Below are positions 16,900 through 24,261 of a stretch of 24,823 nt of DNA, piece after piece. Both the position numbers and the translations under genes were made by a program. Where the stretch lies: positions 1-24,823 of IMG/VR virus record IMGVR_UViG_3300017730_000080, one strand, 5' to 3'. The stretch is from a virus. Taxonomy: Duplodnaviria; Caudoviricetes. How positions within the stretch are numbered: the stretch's first letter is position 1; each line of letters begins with the position of its first letter. The notes under the pieces are model-generated. The model ran no database searches. It saw only the letters and a list, made by a program, of their open reading frames with translations, and was not told the origin of the DNA.

Positions 16900-18392
16900 T
16901 GGACTTTTCTAATTTTAACTTAACGCCTAGCGCAAAAGCTTCTTTAATTAATGCTCAAGAAATCGCTGACGACGCAGGGCATTTAAAAATCATTGACCTA
17001 CATTTTATTTTTGCGATATTAGAGCAAGATAATATAAATATAGACAGCGCTTTAAGATTTTGTGACATAAGTAAAGAGGGTTTACAAAACGCTATTTTTT
17101 CTGCTATTATTGCTTACAATGAACCACGTAGAAAAAAAAGAATTTATGCTCCAGAGATATTAGAAATAATGGAAGGGTCTGCATTAATATCCAAATCTTT
17201 AAAACATGATTATATAGGAGTCGATCATATACTTGTCAGTATTTTAAATACCAGGGAGGAACTAGCTCAATTTATTCAAAGCTTAAAAATAGATCTTGGA
17301 AAATTATCTAATACTTTAACTGATTTTTTAAAAAATGGTGTTGATAAAACCCCAGCACCCGCTGGGCCTTCTGCTAACCCTAAACCACAAGAAAAGGACG
17401 CCATTTCTTCTTGTTGCGAAAACTTAAATAATAAAATTAAAGAAAGAAATACTTTCGAAATATTTGGTAGAGATAAGGAAATAGATAGGGCTTTTGAAGT
17501 CTTACTAAGAAAAAACAAGAGTAATGTAATATTTGTCGGCGATGCTGGCGTTGGTAAAACAGCACTTGTTGAGGGTATGGCCGAAAAGATTGTTAAAAGA
17601 ACTTGCCCAGATCTTCTATTGCACAAAGAAATAATATCCCTTGATATTGCTTCTGTTGTTTCTGGAACTATATACAGAGGCCAGATGGAAGAAAAAATTA
17701 AGAATATTTTAGATGCTTTGAAAAAAAATCAATACCTTATTTTGTTTATAGATGAAATCCATACTATTATTGGGTCTGGCACAAGTTCTGAGGGCGGTTT
17801 AGATTTTGCAAATATACTAAAACCCGCACTTTCCCGAGGTGACGTGTCTTGCATAGGAGCTACAACCTCAGATGAATATAAAAGATTTTTTGAAAAAGAT
17901 TCAGCGCTAGATAGAAGATTTGAAAAAATTATAGTAAAAGAGCCATCTAAAGAAGAGGTAAAAGAATTGTTACAAAATGTTAAATTTTCATATGAAAATT
18001 TTCATACAGTAAAATATTCGGAAGAAGTAATTGATTTGATAATAAATTTATGCGATAAATATTTACCTAAGCAAAAATTTCCAGATAAAGCATTCGATTT
18101 GCTAGATGAATCTGGCGCCAAGACTAAAAAAATACACATCGTTAGACCCAAAGAAGCTATAAAATTAGAATCTAAAATAGTAAAACTAGATCAAAATGAC
18201 AAGGAATACAAAAAATTACATAAAAAATATGGAGATATTTTAAAAAAGTGGGGAGATGCATTAGAAAACAACAGATTTGATGTTGACAAAGACATTATTT
18301 ATGGTATATTTGCACATAAATTAAACGCAAGTATCGAAGATGTTAAAAACAATACTAATATTAAAATAGGCAACACAATAGGATTTCACTAA
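16899..18392 (+). CDS. ClpA/ClpC-like AAA+ ATPase with Clp N-domain and D1 only; C-terminal IGF
   Basis: Two Clp_N repeats, IFGRDKEI, GDAGVGKT, YRGQMEE, LFIDEIHT, NILKPALSRG, GATT, ALDRRF, PDKAFDLLDE; ends at 497 aa with no second Walker A. Confidence 0.9.
   Translation: MDFSNFNLTPSAKASLINAQEIADDAGHLKIIDLHFIFAILEQDNINIDSALRFCDISKEGLQNAIFSAIIAYNEPRRKKRIYAPEILEIMEGSALISKSLKHDYIGVDHILVSILNTREELAQFIQSLKIDLGKLSNTLTDFLKNGVDKTPAPAGPSANPKPQEKDAISSCCENLNNKIKERNTFEIFGRDKEIDRAFEVLLRKNKSNVIFVGDAGVGKTALVEGMAEKIVKRTCPDLLLHKEIISLDIASVVSGTIYRGQMEEKIKNILDALKKNQYLILFIDEIHTIIGSGTSSEGGLDFANILKPALSRGDVSCIGATTSDEYKRFFEKDSALDRRFEKIIVKEPSKEEVKELLQNVKFSYENFHTVKYSEEVIDLIINLCDKYLPKQKFPDKAFDLLDESGAKTKKIHIVRPKEAIKLESKIVKLDQNDKEYKKLHKKYGDILKKWGDALENNRFDVDKDIIYGIFAHKLNASIEDVKNNTNIKIGNTIGFH
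18283..18310 (+). promoter_or_regulatory. Internal promoter TTGACA-N16-TATATT with extended TGn, inside clp 3' end
   Basis: Read directly; pairs with terminator at 18612-18637 around the 69-aa ORF. Confidence 0.65.
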
Positions 18393-18396
18393 ATTT

Positions 18397-18606
18397 ATGA
18401 GAAAAGTAAAACGTATAGTAAGTACAATGAAACAAAGCGGGGGTCGGTTTTTTGGCCTTCGGACAAAAGATGGATCTAGTTATAATGCTCAATTCGTCAA
18501 CGAAACACCTAGTTATGTGGTGATTCACGATCGAAACGCTGGCAAGAAGCGAAAGTTTGCTAAAACTAGTCTCACTGGCCTAAAAATGGGTTCAGTAAGC
18601 ATCTAA
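18397..18606 (+). CDS. Small basic beta-rich protein (possible Sm/SH3-like barrel)
   Basis: 69 aa, K/R-rich, alternating hydrophobic strands; bracketed by a promoter and terminator. Confidence 0.7.
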   Translation: MRKVKRIVSTMKQSGGRFFGLRTKDGSSYNAQFVNETPSYVVIHDRNAGKKRKFAKTSLTGLKMGSVSI

Positions 18607-18611
18607 TCTTC

Positions 18612-18637
18612 AAGGCGGTAGAAATACCGCCTTTTTT
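18612..18637 (+). terminator. Intrinsic terminator AAGGCGGTA-GAAA-TACCGCCTT-TTTT
   Basis: Perfect 9-bp stem, GNRA loop, U-tract, 5 nt after stop. Confidence 0.92.
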
Positions 18638-18643
18638 GTGTAA
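18638..18643 (+). promoter_or_regulatory. GTGTAA motif followed by TATAAT, 8 nt before ATG 18652
   Basis: Immediately after a terminator, so transcription must restart here. Confidence 0.65.
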
Positions 18644-18651
18644 TATAATTA

Positions 18652-19746
18652 ATGGAAGAAGGACAAAAATTAAACATTTCTGAGTTGTTGCTTAATAGAT
18701 TAGTAGTTGAGACTTCTAATGTAACATTGTCTTTGATTGAAAAAACTTACTTAAAAGAAATTTTTTCTGAAGATTTTTATTTATCTGAAAAGTTTCCGCT
18801 GATAGAACAAGTTTCTGATTCCATTAGTATTATAGATAGAAATTTCTATTATGATATATATAAATTTTCTTATGAGAACTTATCTTATTGTATTAAGATT
18901 GGAGAAAAGATAGATAATTTTATCTTTGATAAAGAAAAAAAAGCCTTAGAGTTAATCAAAGATCTAAATTTATCACCATTGTATTTTAATACAAGTTCTT
19001 CTGAAAATTATTCTTATTTATTAACATCTTTTGAGAACTCCCAATCCACAAAAGAGCTTGGATTGTCTTATACTTATGAACGCATAGAAACGCTCGCTTC
19101 AGCTCTTGCAAAAATACACAATCATACAAAACAAGACGAAAATGAGAGAGACTATTTTTTAGATTCAATTTATACGATTGGCGATTTTGAAAACACAATG
19201 AGTATTGAATTATTTAATTCTTTAAAAAAAATCGATATATTTCCAGAATGCCAAGACTTACTAAACTCTATAAAAAACTCTATAGAATTGCAAAAATTTC
19301 CCGACGGCGAAAAACATTCATGCCTTTGTCACACCAACATAAACCCTGGTTGTATTTTAAATAGACCAGGCCAACTTAAAATATGTAACTTTTATCAAAG
19401 TTTTTTCGTACACCCAGCTTGGGATTTAGCTTTTGCGTCTTATAAATTACAACTTAACGAACATCCGATTTATGAAAAAAGATTTTTAGATGCATATCAC
19501 AAAGAATCATTACTAAAAGAAAACGAATATAGCTATATATTTTATAAACAATTAGCCTATAAAATAATTCTTTATAATTTAGTTTCTAGTTATTTTTATC
19601 AACTCACCACCGCGAAGGAGGAAATGGATAACCTACTAACATTGTTTCAACAATACTCAACAATTAGAGAAGTTATACAAGATGAGTTTGCAGAATACAT
19701 GCCAACTTTAGATGGTATGTTTGCGCCCTTTATTAAAAACATTTAA
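18652..19746 (+). CDS. APH/choline-kinase-fold protein with degenerate catalytic motifs
   Basis: YCIKIG..KE..AL, LAKIH, LCHTNINPGCIL, KICNF, HPAWDLA. Confidence 0.8.
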   Translation: MEEGQKLNISELLLNRLVVETSNVTLSLIEKTYLKEIFSEDFYLSEKFPLIEQVSDSISIIDRNFYYDIYKFSYENLSYCIKIGEKIDNFIFDKEKKALELIKDLNLSPLYFNTSSSENYSYLLTSFENSQSTKELGLSYTYERIETLASALAKIHNHTKQDENERDYFLDSIYTIGDFENTMSIELFNSLKKIDIFPECQDLLNSIKNSIELQKFPDGEKHSCLCHTNINPGCILNRPGQLKICNFYQSFFVHPAWDLAFASYKLQLNEHPIYEKRFLDAYHKESLLKENEYSYIFYKQLAYKIILYNLVSSYFYQLTTAKEEMDNLLTLFQQYSTIREVIQDEFAEYMPTLDGMFAPFIKNI

Positions 19747-19804
19747 TAACTTTATTTAGGCAAATTTATATTTGCTGGCATATGGAATTTTATACTTTTT
19801 GATA

Positions 19805-19810
19805 TATAAT
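19805..19810 (+). promoter_or_regulatory. Perfect -10 TATAAT 8 nt before ATG 19819 (weak -35 TGGAAT at N16)
   Basis: Intergenic; inverted repeat GCAAAT-N4-ATTTGC at 19760-19775 just upstream. Confidence 0.55.
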
Positions 19811-19818
19811 ATAGCATT

Positions 19819-20286
19819 ATGCCACAATATAACCTATATAAACCAAACGCAAAAAGTACTGGTTGCGCTTTTTCCTTTAAAATTATCGAAAAAGATAAAG
19901 AAGGAAACCCAACAAAACCTACATTCTTAATCCAAGCCATCAAACAAGCTAGTTGGGATCAAAACAAGAGATCTGGATCTTTCAGCGCGAATGCTAAAGA
20001 CCCAGAAAAAAATATCTATTGCAAGATAAATGAAAATGAAGCTGGGGCTATAATAGATACTATTGAAAAGTATTCAGAATGGTCAGCGTTTCATACATAT
20101 AACGACGATAAAACAAGCCTTTCATTAAAGCCGTATCAAAAACATAATGGTGTTGATGCTTGGTCTTTCGGAGTCATCAAAAACTCTACTCTTAAGTTTG
20201 GAATTGGCATTGAGCTAGGTGAAGCTAGAACTTTGAAAAGCCTATTAGAGCTATACCTCACAAGACTTTTTAGTTACGAAGGTTAA
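19819..20286 (+). CDS. Whirly/PC4-fold putative ssDNA-binding protein
   Basis: Two (beta4-alpha) repeats: YNLYK..AFSF..FLIQ..IYCKINENEAGAII and WSAFH..KTSLSLKP..WSFGV..IGIELGEARTL, resembling plant Whirly. Confidence 0.6.
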   Translation: MPQYNLYKPNAKSTGCAFSFKIIEKDKEGNPTKPTFLIQAIKQASWDQNKRSGSFSANAKDPEKNIYCKINENEAGAIIDTIEKYSEWSAFHTYNDDKTSLSLKPYQKHNGVDAWSFGVIKNSTLKFGIGIELGEARTLKSLLELYLTRLFSYEG

Positions 20287-20786
20287 TGAGTGAATGTTTT
20301 AAAGATCTGGGTATTAAATTAGATACTTCCTGCTTTGAAACTCAACAAGAATTATATTATTTTAATTTTTTAACAAAAGTTTTAAACAAAGACAAAATTT
20401 TTGAAAAAAATCCTAAATTAAAACAAATTAATGATGTTTTGCCCTTTGATTGTGCGCTTTTAGTTTTAAAACCGTTTGTAACATACAAGTGGCACAAAGA
20501 CTCAAAGAGAGGTGTTTGTATTAATGCTTTAGTAAGCGATTCAAATTATTTCACTTGCTTCTCTAAAAATTATGATAAACCAGGAGTACAATCAGATATA
20601 ATCAAACTCGACTATAAAAAAAATAATTTGTATCTTTTTAATAATCAAATTTACCATACTGTCTTTAATTTTGAAAAAGAAAGAATTTTATTTAGTTGTG
20701 AGTTTAATTTAAACAAAAATAAATTATCATACGAAGACGCCATCAAAATAATTAATGAAAAAAAAGATTTTAATTCATTCAAATAA
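20286..20786 (+). CDS. 2OG-Fe(II)-type double-stranded beta-helix oxygenase
   Basis: WHKD (HxD), YLFNNQIYHTV (distal H), ERILFS (2OG-binding R). Confidence 0.7.
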   Translation: MSECFKDLGIKLDTSCFETQQELYYFNFLTKVLNKDKIFEKNPKLKQINDVLPFDCALLVLKPFVTYKWHKDSKRGVCINALVSDSNYFTCFSKNYDKPGVQSDIIKLDYKKNNLYLFNNQIYHTVFNFEKERILFSCEFNLNKNKLSYEDAIKIINEKKDFNSFK

Positions 20787-22443
20787 CACAAAAGCATTTA
20801 CTGGATTTGGTAAACACACCAAAAACATAATGCGTTATTTGCAAGCTACAAATAAATATGAAATTATTGAGTTTGCTAATGGTACAACTTGGGGTGATCC
20901 ACAGATGGATCTTAGGCCTTGGAAAGCTCAAGGATCCCTCCCAAACGATCGAGCCACTATAAATGATTTAAAAACAAATCCAGAGAAAAGTAGGGCAGCT
21001 GCATACGGATGCGAAATGATTGATCAAGCAATCAAAGAATATAAACCAGATATATATCTAGGAATAGAAGATATTTGGGGATTCACTAACTATTGGAAAA
21101 AGCCTTGGTGGAATAAAATCAACCATATGATATGGACTACTTTAGATAGTCAACCAATTTTACCGCTAGCCATGGAAGCTGCTCCCGAAACTAAAAACTT
21201 TCACGTCTGGGCCTCTTTTGCAGAAAGAGATATGGTAAAAGCGGGACAAGGTCACGTTAAAACATTACATGGCACTGTAAACACAGAAGATTTCAATCGA
21301 TTTACAGAAGAAGATAGAAAAAGATTAAGATCTAGATTTGGATTATCTGATGAATTTATAGTTGGTTTTGTTTTTAGGAATCAATTAAGAAAAAGCGTTC
21401 CAAATTTACTAGAAGGTTTTAAAATATTTAAAAAAGATTGCCATAAAGCGAAATTATTACTGCACACCCATTGGATAGAAGGTTGGGATATACCGAGGTT
21501 GATAGAAGAAAAAGAAATCGATCCGAATGATATTTTAACAACTTACTTTTGCTCTGAATGTAAAAATTATGATATAAGACCTTACAACGGACAAGAACAA
21601 AATTGTAGATTTTGTGGCGCTAAAAAAACAGTCAACACTACAAACGTAAAACAAGGTGTAGATGAGGAACAATTAAATCAAATTTATAATCTTATGGATG
21701 TATATTGCCATCCATTTACTAGTGGTGGTATGGAAATACCCATTTTTGAGGCAAAATTAACTGGACTTATTACACTTGTTACAAGTTATTCCTGCGGAGA
21801 AGATTCCTGCACGTCTGAAAGTGGAAGTTTCCCACTTGACTGGTCTGAGTATCGAGAACCAGGAACCCAGTTCATTAAAGCCTCTACATATCCATCAAGT
21901 ATCGCCAAACAACTTAAAAAAGTTTGGAACATGGATACAAACAAGAGGTCCCAAATGGGTTGGAAGGCTAGAAAATGGGTAGAAGATAATTACTCTACAG
22001 AAGTTGTCGGCAAAAAACTTGAAGAAATTTTGGATAAAATGCCGACCATTGATTATGACTTTGATTGGGATAAAGAAAAACAAAACAAACTAGATTTAAA
22101 GGATTTAGTTGACGAGGGAAAATCCCTAGCAATTGTAATGCCCCAAGGCGCGTCTGATTTAATGTGGATAAATTCTATGCTATTTAATTTAAAAGATTTA
22201 TACCCCGAACATAAAATATATTTCTTTACTAAACCAGAATTTTATCCATTTATAGATGATAATCCAAACGTGCACAAACTTTTGCCATACTCTCCGCAAA
22301 TAGATAATGTTTTTTTGCTTGAAGGTAGATTAGAACACGGAGGATATTTTGACTTAGCGTTTTTCCCGCATTATGGTGTCGAAAAGTCAAACTTTTTTCA
22401 CAATGCAAAAGATAAAAAACAATTTGAATTATGTCACATATAG
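20755..22443 (+). CDS. GT4-like GT-B glycosyltransferase with CxxC/CxxC insertion, fused to a GT9-like N-terminal domain
   Basis: TGFGKH, RNQLRK, IYNLMDVYCHPFTSGGMEIPIFEA; CSEC..CRFC; C-terminal MPQGASDLMW..LKDLYPEHKIYFFT..NPNVHK. Confidence 0.85.
   Translation: MKKKILIHSNNTKAFTGFGKHTKNIMRYLQATNKYEIIEFANGTTWGDPQMDLRPWKAQGSLPNDRATINDLKTNPEKSRAAAYGCEMIDQAIKEYKPDIYLGIEDIWGFTNYWKKPWWNKINHMIWTTLDSQPILPLAMEAAPETKNFHVWASFAERDMVKAGQGHVKTLHGTVNTEDFNRFTEEDRKRLRSRFGLSDEFIVGFVFRNQLRKSVPNLLEGFKIFKKDCHKAKLLLHTHWIEGWDIPRLIEEKEIDPNDILTTYFCSECKNYDIRPYNGQEQNCRFCGAKKTVNTTNVKQGVDEEQLNQIYNLMDVYCHPFTSGGMEIPIFEAKLTGLITLVTSYSCGEDSCTSESGSFPLDWSEYREPGTQFIKASTYPSSIAKQLKKVWNMDTNKRSQMGWKARKWVEDNYSTEVVGKKLEEILDKMPTIDYDFDWDKEKQNKLDLKDLVDEGKSLAIVMPQGASDLMWINSMLFNLKDLYPEHKIYFFTKPEFYPFIDDNPNVHKLLPYSPQIDNVFLLEGRLEHGGYFDLAFFPHYGVEKSNFFHNAKDKKQFELCHI
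22349..22377 (+). promoter_or_regulatory. Internal promoter candidate TTGACT-N17-TATGGT upstream of ORF 22431
   Basis: Read directly; 17-nt spacer. Confidence 0.4.
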
Positions 22444-23528
22444 CAGAAGTTTACGCAAAAGATTTAGGAGTTAAAATTGGCGATCCTCAATTAACAACTC
22501 ATTTTTATCCTAGTTTATTAGATAAATATATTTATTTTAATCCCGAGGTCGATTACCCTTCACAACAATACGCTTATTGGGATGTTGTTTTTTCTATCTT
22601 AAAGGAAAAATTAGAAGAAAACAATATTATTATATTTACAGCTCCTAAAATAAACGAGTTGAGCGTTAAACAAAATAATTATTTTATAAAAAAATCTATA
22701 CTATATGTTGGCACGTCAAGCCATAGAGTACAAATTAGCGACGCTTTCAACATACCGTCTGTTTGTGTTTTGGGTAATATGTTCGAAGATAATTTTAACT
22801 TGTTTAAACACGCTAAAGTTTTAACACCAAATTTTTCTGAAATCAAACCATCTTATGAACCTACAGAAAACAAAAATAGAGTTAATGATATTCCCCCAGA
22901 ACAAATAGCTAAATCTATATTAGATAAATTAGAAATAAAACATGATATTAAATTTAAAACTGAAAGAATTGGTTCCTTTTTTAATTTTGCTACCGCAGAA
23001 ATAGTTCCTAATTTTTTTGAAACACATGAGCTATTTAAGGGTAAGGCTATAAATCTAAGATCTGACCTACACTTCGACTTAGATAATATAACTAACTGGT
23101 GTTATTTTAGTATAGTTAATTTATATGTAAATAAACCATTAGAAGAATCAATTGTATCGCATCTCCCTAACTTAAAACAAATTATTTTTGTTTATGGAGA
23201 AGAGCACGAAAAACAAGACTTAACTAAATTTTTTAAAATTTTAAAAAACTATAAAAAAAGTATCGTCATACAAGTTTCCGACAAAAACATAATCTCTGAT
23301 GTGAGACTAAAATATTTTGACTTCCCAGTTATTCTAAAAGAAGTTCCGTCAGAAGAAATTGATATACCTAAAAACTGTAAATACATATCTAACAAAAATT
23401 TTATATCCGATAAAGAATTTTATAATTCAGAATCTTCATGCAAAAGGCTTGACAAATCTAATAATTTTGTTTATGATGAAGCTTCAAAACTAGAATTAGA
23501 GAATTTATACTTATATGTCGAAAAATAA
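22431..23528 (+). CDS. Degenerate GT9 (heptosyltransferase-like) C-terminal domain protein
   Basis: HIAEVYAKDLGV, QYAYWDVV, FIKKSILYVGTSSHRVQISDAFNIPSVCV (cf. fvg.DSg..HlAaA.g.P.v.l), NDIPPEQI. Confidence 0.65.
   Translation: MSHIAEVYAKDLGVKIGDPQLTTHFYPSLLDKYIYFNPEVDYPSQQYAYWDVVFSILKEKLEENNIIIFTAPKINELSVKQNNYFIKKSILYVGTSSHRVQISDAFNIPSVCVLGNMFEDNFNLFKHAKVLTPNFSEIKPSYEPTENKNRVNDIPPEQIAKSILDKLEIKHDIKFKTERIGSFFNFATAEIVPNFFETHELFKGKAINLRSDLHFDLDNITNWCYFSIVNLYVNKPLEESIVSHLPNLKQIIFVYGEEHEKQDLTKFFKILKNYKKSIVIQVSDKNIISDVRLKYFDFPVILKEVPSEEIDIPKNCKYISNKNFISDKEFYNSESSCKRLDKSNNFVYDEASKLELENLYLYVEK
23449..23477 (+). promoter_or_regulatory. Internal promoter TTGACA-N17-TATGAT upstream of ORF 23515
   Basis: Near-consensus sigma70 promoter inside the upstream CDS. 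Confidence 0.65.
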
Positions 23529-24261
23529 AATATATGGACCAGATGCGTGGAAACGCAACGAACACGGACTATTAAAGTCTGTTGATTATGAATTTAACCA
23601 AGATGGTTCCGTCAATTGGCGAGCCATGATAAGTCCAGAGCATTTGTATCCGAATAAGGATCACTTTGAAATGCGGAAGATGCCAGTCCCAAATTCTATT
23701 GAAGGGCTAGAAGACAACCAACTTTTAATTAAGCTTGGCGGAATCAAGGAGCTTGCAAAGCTTCGCGGCTTTCACAATGTGACTTATGATATCGTGGAGT
23801 CTTCAGATAGCCGAGTTGTCGTTCAATGCATGATAAATTGGATAGAAAATTATGAAGGCACTTATGCGCATACTCAAACTTTTAGCTCTATAGCTAACGC
23901 CACAACACATAATACAAATGGGTTTGCTGCTAAGTTTTTAGAATGCATTGCAGAGAATCGCGCATTTGTGCGCACTGTTCGCAACTTTCTTGGTGTTCAT
24001 ATTGTTGGAGCTGACGAGATTGACTCTTCCAAGAATAAAGCCCCTATAGTATTACCGCCATCATCCTCTGGAGCGAAGGATATTAGCCCACAAGGGATTC
24101 TAAAAGAAAAAGCGGGTACAGACTTCAATTCCTTTAAAGGGTGTCTTAGAGCGTGGTATAAGACTGGCGCTTACACTAATGATCCAGAGATCATTAAAGG
24201 ATGGGAAGATTATAAAGATGTACCAGCTAAAGAATGCAGAAAATTGCTTAAATTAGTTTAA
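23515..24261 (+). CDS. Putative single-strand annealing protein (Rad52/Sak-like fold)
   Basis: LIKLGGIKELA, beta-strands, FSSIANA, IAENRAFVRTVRNFLG (cf. AETRA..RA.R...G), ADEI, then linker and small C-terminal domain. Confidence 0.6.
   Translation: MSKNKIYGPDAWKRNEHGLLKSVDYEFNQDGSVNWRAMISPEHLYPNKDHFEMRKMPVPNSIEGLEDNQLLIKLGGIKELAKLRGFHNVTYDIVESSDSRVVVQCMINWIENYEGTYAHTQTFSSIANATTHNTNGFAAKFLECIAENRAFVRTVRNFLGVHIVGADEIDSSKNKAPIVLPPSSSGAKDISPQGILKEKAGTDFNSFKGCLRAWYKTGAYTNDPEIIKGWEDYKDVPAKECRKLLKLV

Noticed and set aside
16899-16910. Clp N-terminus MDFS resembling the ME[IL]DFS tag
   Set aside because: Only a partial match, no GTGTAA upstream, and it leads straight into the normal Clp N-domain start
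1698-22083. Short antisense or alternate-frame ORFs in the track (e.g. 1698, 2650, 3834, 4518, 6198, 6824, 9983, 11209, 15350, 17276, 19752, 21776)
   Set aside because: Nested in or overlapping well-supported genes, with no motifs or expression signals; shadow ORFs
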